DNA of 43,886 nt from positions 1-43,886 of the forward strand of contig CAZKDK010000002.1 in NCBI GenBank assembly GCA_964551145.1. Direction: 5' to 3'. Position 1 is the stretch's first letter. Every line of letters begins with the position of its first letter. The notes beneath the pieces were generated by a model. It worked only from the letters and a program-made list of their open reading frames with translations, was not told the DNA's origin and did not search any database. This DNA comes from an uncultured Opitutaceae bacterium. GTDB lineage: Bacteria; Verrucomicrobiota; Verrucomicrobiia; Opitutales; Opitutaceae. Shown here one piece after another: positions 32,117 through 41,600 of this stretch. A program made the position numbers and the translations under genes.

Positions 32117-34354
32117 TCACCGCCGGACTGCGGCTTCGGCGGCGAGCGCGGCGTGGAGTGGCAGCACGTGCTCCGCGCTGAATTGCTCCGCCACGATCCG
32201 CCCGGCGCGGCGGGCGCGGGTGTCGTCGCCGGCCAGTCGGGCATCGAGGGCGGCGCGAAGGGCGCCCGCCAGCCGCGCCGCGTCGCCGGGCGGCACGAGC
32301 CAGGCGTCGTCCGGACCGAGCAGCTCGATCACGCCGTTCACATGGGTAGAGACAATCGGGCGGCCGAAAGCCGCCGCTTCCATGAGCACCCGGGGAAACG
32401 ATTCCTCGAAGCTCGAGCAGACGCAGATGTCGCTCAGGTGATAGAAATCGTAGGCCTCCGGGGTCTCGTCGATGAGCCGCACGCCCGACAGGCCGCGCAG
32501 CGCGATTTCCTGCCGCAGGGAGTCCAGATACGCCCCCGGGCGCGCCCCGACCATCAGGTACTCGCGCGGCGGCAGGGACCCGCCCGCCGCCGCCAGATCG
32601 CGCTCGAGCAGCGCGATCGCCCGCACGAAGACATGCTGGCCCTTGCGTTCGCAGACCGAGCCGACGTTGGCAAAGACGACGGCGCCGGCCGCCACCCCGT
32701 GCCGGCGGCGCAGGTCCGCGCGGTCGTGCGCGGCCGCGAACCGGCCGATGGCGGCGGTGTCGATCCAGCTCGGCAGCAGCCGGAAGTTCCCGTGCCGCTC
32801 GAGTCGCGCGTGCACGGCGCGGGTGGCGGCGGCGATGAACACGACGCGGCCGGCCTGGCCCAGGGCCGCCTCGGCGCGCGGGATCAGCGCCGGCGGCAGC
32901 AGGGGGTCGAAGAAGCGCCGGACCGGGGCGCTTTCATGCACATAAAGCACCGATGGCGTCCCCCGGTGTCGCGCGAGGGGCACCGCCCAGAACGCCTGCA
33001 GCGTGTTGGCGACGATGAGGTCGGCTCCGGCCCACGCCGGATCCGCCGCCAACGCCGCCACGGCCCGGTCGAAATCCGCCGGCGCGGGCACTCCGACCAG
33101 CCCCCGCGCGTCCCTGATCGTGACCGGCAGGCCGGCCCGTTCATAGTCGGCCCGCAGCGGTCCGTCCTGCGGCGAGACGATCCGCACGTTCCAGCCCGGC
33201 TGGGCCGCCAGGTGGCGGGCGTATTCGAGCGCGAACAGCGGCGCGCCCTCCAGGTTCAGGTTGTGGGTGACCAGAACGACGTTCAGCGGCCCCCCGGCCG
33301 CCGGTCGCGGCACGGCGCGGACGGCTTCGCGCACCGGCTGGAGAAGGGGAGCCTCGGCGCGGTACGTGGCCCATGCGGCGCGCAGCGCGCCGATCCGCTC
33401 CAGCCATGGACCGGAAGGCAGATGGTGACGATGCGCGGCCAGGTGCAGGGCGGTGGCGGCGCGCAGGAAGGTGCGCGCGGACAATGGCGGCAGGGGCGCC
33501 GCGGCGCCGGCCACATCCCGCGGCTGGAACCGCCGGTTGAAGACCAGCTCGCGATGCCCGTCGTCCAGTTCGGCGAAGATGCGCAGGCTGGCGGGCAGCG
33601 GAAAGCCGGAGGGCACGTCCACCTGGCCCGAGAAGGCCGAGCGTTCGGGGTCGCGGAGTCCGGCGAACAGTCCGCCGACGTCCCGCCGCGGCTGGCCGTG
33701 GAGCAGCGGCACGGCCTGCCTGGGCTCGGTGAACGCCATCAGGCGGACAATCTTCCGTTCGCGGTGCGCGAGCCAGCCGGTGACGGTGAGCCGTCCGTAC
33801 TTGACCCGGCCCGTGGCGGTGGGCTCCTCGAGGGCGCCGTGGAAGGGCGGGTTGGGCAGCGTGTCGAGCGGTTCGGCGCGATGGGCGGCCAGGACGGCGT
33901 CCGCCAGCCCGGACCACGACCCGGCGGGCCGCGCCTGGCGCGCCCGCAGCAGGGCGACGAGCAGTCCGCCGATCCGGCGCCCCAGGGGCGGATCGGCCGG
34001 CGGCGGCCCCGCGTCGGGCGCCACCGCAATTTCCTGGCGGTGGACCTCCTCCCACGTCCCCGTCTCGTCGCACACCTCGATCCGCAGCCGGCGCGCGCCG
34101 CGGTGGGGCGCGAGCAGGAAGGAGAACCCGGCGTGCGGCAGGCCCTCCCCGCCGGGGAATTGCCGCTCGATCTCGGGCCGCGGCAGGCCGCACAGGCCGA
34201 GAACGGGACGGTCGTCGATCCAGGCCCGCACGTCGGCCGCGGCGCGACCCGAGCGCGCGTGCAGCCAGCCGGCGATCCACGACCGGCCGGCCGGGAACCG
34301 CCAGCCCTCCGGGTGGATGTCGATTGCGAACTGCCAGTCGCCGGGGTCGGACAT
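32117..34354 (-). CDS. Glycosyltransferase (745 aa): N-terminal tandem beta-rich module + GT4 (group 1) domain
   Basis: Start is the ATG at 34354-34352 (MSDPGDWQFAIDIHPEGW..IAGWL). The second module copy is LDTLPNPPFHGALEEP..YGRLTVTGWL..LRIFAELDDGHRELVF. GT4 has VVLVTHNLNLEGAPLFALEY..GSVCERKGQH..SFEESFPRVLMEAAAF. The upstream 409 codons of ORF 32117..35581 are antisense shadow of the sulfotransferase genes. Confidence 0.85.
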   Translation of the reverse strand: MSDPGDWQFAIDIHPEGWRFPAGRSWIAGWLHARSGRAAADVRAWIDDRPVLGLCGLPRPEIERQFPGGEGLPHAGFSFLLAPHRGARRLRIEVCDETGTWEEVHRQEIAVAPDAGPPPADPPLGRRIGGLLVALLRARQARPAGSWSGLADAVLAAHRAEPLDTLPNPPFHGALEEPTATGRVKYGRLTVTGWLAHRERKIVRLMAFTEPRQAVPLLHGQPRRDVGGLFAGLRDPERSAFSGQVDVPSGFPLPASLRIFAELDDGHRELVFNRRFQPRDVAGAAAPLPPLSARTFLRAATALHLAAHRHHLPSGPWLERIGALRAAWATYRAEAPLLQPVREAVRAVPRPAAGGPLNVVLVTHNLNLEGAPLFALEYARHLAAQPGWNVRIVSPQDGPLRADYERAGLPVTIRDARGLVGVPAPADFDRAVAALAADPAWAGADLIVANTLQAFWAVPLARHRGTPSVLYVHESAPVRRFFDPLLPPALIPRAEAALGQAGRVVFIAAATRAVHARLERHGNFRLLPSWIDTAAIGRFAAAHDRADLRRRHGVAAGAVVFANVGSVCERKGQHVFVRAIALLERDLAAAGGSLPPREYLMVGARPGAYLDSLRQEIALRGLSGVRLIDETPEAYDFYHLSDICVCSSFEESFPRVLMEAAAFGRPIVSTHVNGVIELLGPDDAWLVPPGDAARLAGALRAALDARLAGDDTRARRAGRIVAEQFSAEHVLPLHAALAAEAAVRR

Positions 34355-34531
34355 GAAGAACGCAGCTTGCAGGAAAGGACGCGCGCAGGGGAGCCGAAAC
34401 TGAGCGGGCCTGCGGCGTCGCCCCGGCCGCGCCCGGGCATGCCGGACGGGACGGGCCGTCCCCGGGGCGACGGCGGCCGCGCGCCTCCGTCCGGGGAATG
34501 GCGGTTTGGCCGTTCCCGATTGTCTGAATCC

Positions 34532-35326
34532 ATGGTGCCGATACTCATGCCAAGGGACAGCGTGGCCGTGCCGGGGCGGATCGTGGGCGATCTGCGGCGG
34601 TTCCTCGCCCGGACGGGATCGGGCCCGGGGGCGCGGCGCGAGGCCCGCGACGGGCTCCGGCGGCGGCTGGCGGACGAGCTGCGTCCGCAGGCGCGGATGT
34701 GGCTGAGCGTGCACATTCCCAAGACGGCCGGCCTGACCTTCAGCCTGGTGCTGGCGGAGGTGTTCCGGCGGGATCTCTACCGCAGCTACTGGGAGATCAC
34801 GGACTGCCAGGGAAGGGTGGTGCCGGACTTTCCCGGCAACGCCCGCTGCATCCACGGGCACATTGATCTGGGCCGGCTGGTGCCGGCGTATCCGGACGCG
34901 ACCCTCGTCACCTGGGTGCGCGATCCCGTCCAGCGGGTGGCCTCCCTCTATCATTACTGGCGGCGGGAGCCGGACTGGAGGCATTCGCTGTGCCGGAAGC
35001 TGCACCAGGAGAACCTCTCGCTGCTCGCGTTTGCCCGCCAGGAGCCGGCCCGGAACGAGATGACCCGCTTCTTCGGCGGCTTCGGGCCGCCCGACTTCCA
35101 CTTCATCGGCCTGTTCGAGCAGCTGGCGGAGTCGATGGACGTCTTCTTCCGCAGATTCGGGCTGCCCCGGATGCCGGTCGCCCACGGTCACCGGAATCCC
35201 GACCGGGGAGCCGGCGGCTACGCGCTCCCGGCCGAGGACCGGGCCGAGATCGCCGGGCTCAACGAGGAGGACGTCCGGCTTTACGAGGCGTGCGCGCGCC
35301 GGTTTGCGCGGGAACGCGCGGCGTGA
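34532..35326 (+). CDS. Sulfotransferase (Sulfotransfer_2-like) with intact PAPS-binding motifs
   Basis: The 5'-PSB loop is WLSVHIPKTAGLTFS (HIPKTAG at 34712-34732). The 3'-PB motif is TWVRDPVQRVASLYHYW. Start is the ATG at 34532 (MVPILMPRD..); the N-terminal ~55 aa resemble the equivalent region of the downstream paralog. Alternative starts are 34547 or 34697 (MWLSVH). Only the 3' end of track ORF 31856..35326 is real. Confidence 0.8.
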   Translation: MVPILMPRDSVAVPGRIVGDLRRFLARTGSGPGARREARDGLRRRLADELRPQARMWLSVHIPKTAGLTFSLVLAEVFRRDLYRSYWEITDCQGRVVPDFPGNARCIHGHIDLGRLVPAYPDATLVTWVRDPVQRVASLYHYWRREPDWRHSLCRKLHQENLSLLAFARQEPARNEMTRFFGGFGPPDFHFIGLFEQLAESMDVFFRRFGLPRMPVAHGHRNPDRGAGGYALPAEDRAEIAGLNEEDVRLYEACARRFARERAA

Positions 35327-35342
35327 TTGTATTGACGCGACC

Positions 35343-36218
35343 ATGACGGCAGGATTCCCCGACTTGCAGGCCCGGTCGGCGGCATCGCCCCGCGCCGCGC
35401 CGCCGGCGGATCGCGCCCGCTCCCCGGGCCTTTCCCGCGGCCTTGCCCGGGCGCTGCGGGATTTTCTGGAGTCCTGCGAGACCCCGGCGGGCGCGGGCGC
35501 GCCGGCCCCCGGCGCCGCGGCGCGCTGGTGCCGCGATCTGCGCGGGAGCCTGGAGACGGCGCTGCTGCAGCAGGAGACCATGATCCTGAGCCTGCACGTG
35601 CCGCTGGCGACGCCGCCCGGATTCCGGGAGCTGCTCGCCGGCGTCTTCGGCGAGGGGTTCTTCGCGAGCTATCACGAGATCACGGATTGTCGCGGCCGCG
35701 CCGTGCCGGAGTTCCCGCCGGCGGCCCGCTGCATCCACGGCCACATCCCGCTCCTGCGGCTGCGGGCGCGGTACCCCGGCGCGCTCCTGGTCACCTGGGT
35801 CATGGATCCGGTCCAGCGCGTGGCGGCGCAGTACCGATACTGGCAGCGGGAGCCGGACTGGCGGAACCCGCTCTGCGAGGCGCTGCACCGGCAGCAGTGG
35901 TCGTTGCTGGAGTTTGCCCGCCAGCCCGGGGCGCGCAACGAGATGGCGCGATTCTGCGGGGATCTCCGGCCGGCGGACTTCGCGTTCGTCGGGCTGATGG
36001 AGGAGTTTCCGCGGTCCGTCGAGCTCCTCCTGCGCCGCCTGCAGGTCACGGCGGTGCCGGTCTTTGAAGACTACCGGCGCAACGCGCGTCCCCTGGCGCC
36101 CGCGCCGCTGCCCGCGGCCGAGGCCGCCGAGATCGCGGGACTCAACCCGGATTCCTGCCGGATCTACGCGCAGTGCCGAGACTGGTTCCAGCAGGCCTGC
36201 CGCGCAGCGGGCGTGTAG
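35343..36218 (+). CDS. Sulfotransferase-like paralog lacking the PAPS-binding Lys/Thr/Gly, Arg and Ser (probable pseudo-enzyme)
   Basis: It aligns without gaps to the upstream gene from MILSLHVPLATPPGF (versus MWLSVHIPKTAGLTF). VTWVMDPVQRVAAQYRYW matches VTWVRDPVQRVASLYHYW. By eye, more than half of the first 90 core positions are identical. Start is the ATG at 35343, with an alternative at 35580. Confidence 0.75.
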   Translation: MTAGFPDLQARSAASPRAAPPADRARSPGLSRGLARALRDFLESCETPAGAGAPAPGAAARWCRDLRGSLETALLQQETMILSLHVPLATPPGFRELLAGVFGEGFFASYHEITDCRGRAVPEFPPAARCIHGHIPLLRLRARYPGALLVTWVMDPVQRVAAQYRYWQREPDWRNPLCEALHRQQWSLLEFARQPGARNEMARFCGDLRPADFAFVGLMEEFPRSVELLLRRLQVTAVPVFEDYRRNARPLAPAPLPAAEAAEIAGLNPDSCRIYAQCRDWFQQACRAAGV

Positions 36219-36366
36219 GCCGGATTCCGGGCGCGGCCCGGCCGGTGCGGCGTTGGCCGCCGGCGGCTTCGCCCCGCGTCAGGGCGCGGCGGCCCGGCGA
36301 GGATCCACCAGTACGTGGCCGGATGCGCGTCGAACCACCGGAAGACCGCGATGAGCATGGTGGCGG

Positions 36367-38613
36367 TCATTCCTGCCCGGCCGCGAGGGCGCGGGCCAGC
36401 GCGAGGTGCTGCGGGAGGATGCGTTCGATCGAGAAGGTGGTTTCCACGCGGTGGCGGGCGCGCGCGGCCATCTCCCGCGCGCCCGCCGGGTCGGCCAGCG
36501 TCCGCTGCAGCGCCGCGGCCAGCGCATGGGTGTCGCCCGGCGGCAGGAGCACGGCCTCCTGGCCGTCGCGCACGATCTCCGGGACGCCATGCACGCCGGT
36601 GGACACGATGGGCAGCTCGAAGGCCATCGCCTCGAGGACGACGCGCGGGAATGACTCCTCGTAGCTCGTGCAGACGAAGAGGTCGGCCGCGCCGTACGCG
36701 GCGTAAACGTCCGGGGATTCCGGCAGGACCCGGAGGTTGGCGTGCCCGAGATCGCGCACGAGGTCCGCGAGGTCGCGGTCGTAGGGGGTGTCGCGCCCGC
36801 CGACCATCAGGAACCGGGCGCGTGCGGCGAGCGCCGGATCGCGCCGCCAGAGCAGGTCGACGGCGCGCGCGAAGAGGGTCTGCCCCTTGCGCTCGCAGAC
36901 GGAGCCGATGTTGACCACCAGCCATTCGCCGTCCGCCGCGGCGGCCCGGGCGCGCAGCCCGGCGCGGGGGTGGGCGGCGCGGAAGGCGTCGATGCCGGCG
37001 AGGTCGATCCAGCCGGGGTTGAGGCAGAAGTTCGGCCGCACCGCGAGGTCGTCGTAATAGCGACGGGTCGCGGCGGTCAGGAACGAAACCCGGGTGGCGC
37101 GGGCGAACGCCTCGGCCACGACCGGCAGCGCGGCGGCCGCCTGCGCCTCCGGGAAAAAGCCGGCGGGCGGGGTGCTCTCGTGGATATAGAGGAGCGAGGG
37201 CCGCCCGGCGGCTTCGGCGGCCAGCACGGCCCAGGCGGAGGCCAGGGTGTTCGCGACGACCAGCTGGGCGCCGGACCAGTCCGCGTGGGCGCCGATCGCC
37301 CGGATCTCGCGGCGCAGGGCGCGGGCGGAGCCCGCGGCCGCCAGCGGCGACAGATCGAGCACGCGCACGGTGGCCCCGAGCTGCTCGAACCGGGGGCGCA
37401 GCGGGCCGTCGCGGCCGGACACGACGTCGAGCCGGGTTCCGCCGGCGGCGAGGGCCTGCGCATATTCGGCCAGGAACAGCGGCGCGCCCTCCCGGTTGAG
37501 GTTGTGCGTGACGAGCAGCACGCGGCGCGGCGGCCCCGCGTCGGCCGAGGCCGCGGTCGGCGCCGACGGCGGCGGCGCGGACGCCCGGCGTGCGGGGGCC
37601 CGGAGGCGGTAGTCCCGCCGCAGGCCCCGGGTCTCGGCGCGCCGGGCCGGGCCCGGCGCCAGGGGCACGCCGGCGGACGCATAGGCCGCGCGGAGGGCGC
37701 GGAGCGCCCGCCAGAACGTCCACGGCGAGTAGGGCGGGTAGGGGCGCTTCTCGTGCTCGCGATCCTCCGTCCAGGTGCGCTGGACCTGCGCGAGGTGCCA
37801 GCTGCCGTCCGCCAGCTCGGCGCAGATCCGCAGGCAGCGCGGCTGCGGCAGCTGGGCGGGCACGTCGATGAAGCCCTCGAGGGCGCAGTCGTCGGCGCGC
37901 GCGCTTTCGGGATGGCGCATCTTCACGCCGGCGAACGGGCCCCCGTGGCGGAGGGCCTGCCAGACCTGCAGGTCGAAGGAGGCGAGGACGCGGCGGATCG
38001 ACTCGGTCTCGTGGAAAAGCCAGCCCAGCACGTTGAGCCGGCCGAATCCGGCGCGGGCCAGCGCCGCGGGCTCGTCGAGATGCCCGTGGAAGGGCCGGTG
38101 CGGGAAGCGGGCCGCGCACGGCCAGGGCGTGGCCCCCGCGATTTCCGCGGCCAGCTCCCGCAGCGGCAGGGCCGGCTCCGCCCGGATCCGGCGCAGGAGG
38201 CGCCGGAGCGCCCGGGCGAACTCGTGGGCCAAAAGCGGCGCGGGCGGCGGCGCGGGCGCCGCCGGGGGCCCGGCCGGCGCGGCGGTCACGGTCACCGTGG
38301 CCACGGCCGTCCAGGCCCCGGCGAGGTCGGCGGCCTCGAACTCGAGGCGCGTTCCCCCCGGCGCGAGGTCGAGGGCGAGCTCGAATCCGCCGGGCAGATA
38401 CGGCGTCGGCCAGCCGAACGCCGCCGCCAGGTCCCGGCGCGGATGCCCGAGGACGGCGGCGTGCACGCCATCCGGCGCGCGCGCGCGAAGATCGACGAAA
38501 TGGTGTCCCGGCTTCGGGGCCAGCCAGCCGCGCAGCAGCTGCCGGCCGGCGGCGAGCGACTCGCCCGCCGCCGGGTGCTCGAGAAAGAAGCGGCTGATGG
38601 CGGTTTCGTGCAT
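36367..38613 (-). CDS. Glycosyltransferase (748 aa): N-terminal tandem beta-rich module + GT4 domain; paralog of 32117..34354
   Basis: Start is the ATG at 38613-38611 (MHETAISRFFLEHPAAGE..LRGWL). The second module copy is PHRPFHGHLDEP..FGRLNVLGWL..LRICAELADGSWHL. GT4 has VLLVTHNLNREGAPLFLAEY..GSVCERKGQT..SYEESFPRVVLEAMAF. Confidence 0.85.
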   Translation of the reverse strand: MHETAISRFFLEHPAAGESLAAGRQLLRGWLAPKPGHHFVDLRARAPDGVHAAVLGHPRRDLAAAFGWPTPYLPGGFELALDLAPGGTRLEFEAADLAGAWTAVATVTVTAAPAGPPAAPAPPPAPLLAHEFARALRRLLRRIRAEPALPLRELAAEIAGATPWPCAARFPHRPFHGHLDEPAALARAGFGRLNVLGWLFHETESIRRVLASFDLQVWQALRHGGPFAGVKMRHPESARADDCALEGFIDVPAQLPQPRCLRICAELADGSWHLAQVQRTWTEDREHEKRPYPPYSPWTFWRALRALRAAYASAGVPLAPGPARRAETRGLRRDYRLRAPARRASAPPPSAPTAASADAGPPRRVLLVTHNLNREGAPLFLAEYAQALAAGGTRLDVVSGRDGPLRPRFEQLGATVRVLDLSPLAAAGSARALRREIRAIGAHADWSGAQLVVANTLASAWAVLAAEAAGRPSLLYIHESTPPAGFFPEAQAAAALPVVAEAFARATRVSFLTAATRRYYDDLAVRPNFCLNPGWIDLAGIDAFRAAHPRAGLRARAAAADGEWLVVNIGSVCERKGQTLFARAVDLLWRRDPALAARARFLMVGGRDTPYDRDLADLVRDLGHANLRVLPESPDVYAAYGAADLFVCTSYEESFPRVVLEAMAFELPIVSTGVHGVPEIVRDGQEAVLLPPGDTHALAAALQRTLADPAGAREMAARARHRVETTFSIERILPQHLALARALAAGQE

Positions 38614-38622
38614 GCGGGGCGG

Positions 38623-41600
38623 CTACCCGAGGGCGGCCTCGCGGCACAGCGCGAGGTGCCGGGGAAGCAGGCGGTCGGCGTCGAAGCTGCGGAGCACGCG
38701 CGCGTAGGCCATCGACGGCATCGCGTCATCGCCGGCGAAATGCGCGGCGAGCGCCTGCTCCAGGGCGGCGCACAGCTTGAACGGGTCGCCGGCGGGCACG
38801 AACAGCGCCTCGTCGTTGCCGGTCAGCATCTCGGGAATGCCGAACACGTCGGTGCTGACGATGCGCACCCCGAAGGCCATGGCCTCGAGCAGGACGCGCG
38901 GGAACGATTCCTCGAAGCTGGTGCACACGAGGAGGTCGGCCATCCGGAAGTAGTCGTCGATGGCGCCGGTCTCGGGGACGACCTGCACCGCGTCGAGGCC
39001 GAGGAGCGCGATGTCCTGCTGCACGGTCTCCAGGTAGAGGCCCTCGCGGGCGCCGACGATGAGGAACCGCGGGGCGGGCCGGCCGGGAAAGTCCGCGGCG
39101 TAGCGTTTGCGGAGCAGATCGATCGCGCGGATGTAGATATGCTGGCCCTTGCGCTCGCAGACCGAGCCGACGTTGATCGCCAGGGGCGCGTCGGGCGGGA
39201 TCCCGTACTGGCGCCGCAGGGCGGCGCGGTCGGCCGCCTCGCGCCGGCGCCGGAGTCCGGCGACGTCGACCGAGCTCCGCACGATCCGGAAGTTGTCGTT
39301 GCCGTTGTGCTCCTCGAACACGGCCAGCGTGGCCCGGGCGCTGAAGGCGACCCGCGTGGCGGTGCGCAGCGCCTCCTCGGCCGGCCCGCGCAGCCGCGGC
39401 GGGACGGCGGCCCGGGCAAACAGCTTCTCGACCGGGCTGCTCTCGTACACGTACAGCAGCGACGGCTTGCCCGCGAGCCGGGCGAGGGGCACCGCCCAGA
39501 AGCACAGCAGGGTGTTGGCCACGACGAGGTCGGCGTCGTCGAGGCGGTGGCCGGCCGCGAAGGCGGACAGGGCGGCGGCGAACGGGGCGGGATCCTCCGC
39601 CCGGAGCAGCGGCGCGGCGTCCCAGATCTCGACGGGGATGCCGAGCGCCTCGTACCGGGCGCGCAGCGGGCCCTCCTCCAGGCTGGCCACGCGGACGGTG
39701 ACGCCCGCCTGGCGCGCGTGGTGGCGGGCCTGCTCGAACATCAGGATCGGGGCGCCCTCGAACTTCAGGTTGTGCGTGACGAACAGGAGGCGGAGCGGGC
39801 GCTCGACCCCCGCCTGGCGGTGGTGGTGCGGATTGAGTCGCGGCGCCGCCGGCGGGAACTCCATGCCCCCGCTCAGGTAGGGATCGCGCCAGCCGCCGTG
39901 CCGCGCGAGGAAGGCGACGTGTTCCTTCTCGGTGTAGCGGGCGCCGCGCGAGGCGCTGCCGGCGTGCTGGAGCGTCGCCTGCGGCGTGTAGACGACGCGC
40001 CCGCCGCGCTGCTGGACGCGCAGGCAGTAGTCGACGTCGTTGTAGGCGACCCGCAGCCCGCCCTCGTCGAATCCGCCGAGCTCCCGGTAACGGGCGGTGC
40101 GGGTGAGCAGGCAGGCGCCGGTGACCGCCGCGACGTTGCGCGCGGCATGCGGCAGGAACAGGTAGCCGAGATCGTCGGCCGGCTCGTGCTCGAACAGCAC
40201 ATGGGGCAGGCCGTCCTCGGTGCCGAGGCTGATGCCGGCGTGGTTGATCCGCCCGTCGGGATAGAGCAGGCGCGCCCCGACGACGTCGACCCCCGGCACG
40301 GAAAGCCAGCCGGCCATGTCCTCGAGCCAGCCGGGCGCGAGGGCCTCGACGTCGTTGTTCAGGTGCAGCAGCAGGGGAGTGGCGGCCCGGGCCGAGCCGA
40401 GGTTGACGAGGCGCGAATAGCTGAAGCCCCCGGGCGCGGGCGGAGCGGTCACGACCTCGCAGGCGAGATCGGAGCGCGCCGGCAGCGCCCGCAGCAGGGC
40501 GATCGTGGCGGGGTCGTCGGAGGCGTCGTCGACGACGACCACCCGGACGCTTTCGCGCGGCACGGTGCGGGCGAGCGCATCGAGGCATTTGCCGAGGAGG
40601 TCGGAGCGGTTCTTCGTGGGGATGACGACGGTGACCGGGTTCTCCCGCAGGATCGCGGGATCCCAGCGCAGCTGGTGCAGGCAGAGCGCATGGCGGCGCG
40701 CGAAGTCCGGCAGGAACGGCGCGGCGCGCAGCCCGCGGCGGGCCAGGGCCTCGGCGACGGCGCGGCGCGCCGCGTCGAAGAGGTAGCCCTTCTGGTCGCC
40801 GCGCGAGGCGGTGCTGGCGGGATGCGCGCGCCAGTGGTAGGCGATGAACGGCACGTGGACGACGCCGTCCGGGCCGAGGAGCTCGAAGCAGCGCAGGAAG
40901 AGGTCGATGTCCTGGGCGCCGGTGAAGTCGGGGCGCAGGCGGCCGGCGCGCTCCACGAGCTCGCGGCGGATGACGCTGAGGTGGTGCGTGAAATTGTGCG
41001 TGAGCGCCATCTCGGGGCTCCAGCCGCCCTTGAACTGCGGATCGAACCGGCGGCCGGATTCGTCGATCTTGTCCTCGTCCGTGTAGAAGTAGCCCGCGTC
41101 CGGCCGGCGCCGGATTGCGCGGGCGACGTGCAGCAGCGCGTCGGGCGGGAGCAGGTCGTCGTGATCGACGAGGCCGACATGGCTGCCGGTGGCGACGTCG
41201 AGCGCCGAGTTGGTGGCGCGGGCGATATGGCCGTTTTCCGCGCGGAACACGGGCTTGATGCGCGGGTCGTCGCGGGCCGCATGTTCGAGGATGCGGCGCA
41301 CGTGGGCGTGCGGCGAGGCGTCGTCGGCGATGCACAGCTCCCACCGCGGGTAGAACTGAGCGCGGACCGAGTCGAGCAGCTCGCGGAGGTGGCGCTCCGA
41401 GGTGTCATGGACGGGGACGAGCAGGCTGACCAGGGGTCCGGCGTCCGCGGCCAGTTCCCGGGCCTCGGCCTGCAGCGCCGCCGTCAGCCGGGGGGTGAGC
41501 CGGTTGTGCCAGACCCAGCGGGCGTAGGGATCCTCGTCGCGGCGGCGCACGACGGCCGGCGGCAGGCGGGCGGGGGCGTCCCGGCCGAGGGTGGAGGCGA

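Noticed and set aside
34515-34525. Recurring GATTGTC / cccGATTGTCt motif upstream of both plus-strand starts (34518-34525, 42744-42751), after the receptor stop (5536-5542, minus strand) and within the palindromic repeat (824-833, minus strand)
   Set aside because: The same 7-11-mer also occurs inside coding sequence as Ile-Val codons (32350-32360, 43690-43697, 43733-43739). Enrichment in intergenic DNA cannot be claimed without a genome-wide count.
31856-34531. 5' 890 codons of plus-strand ORF 31856..35326
   Set aside because: This part is antisense to the methyltransferase and to GT 32117..34354. Only the 3' part, from the ATG at 34532, has sulfotransferase motifs and paralog support.
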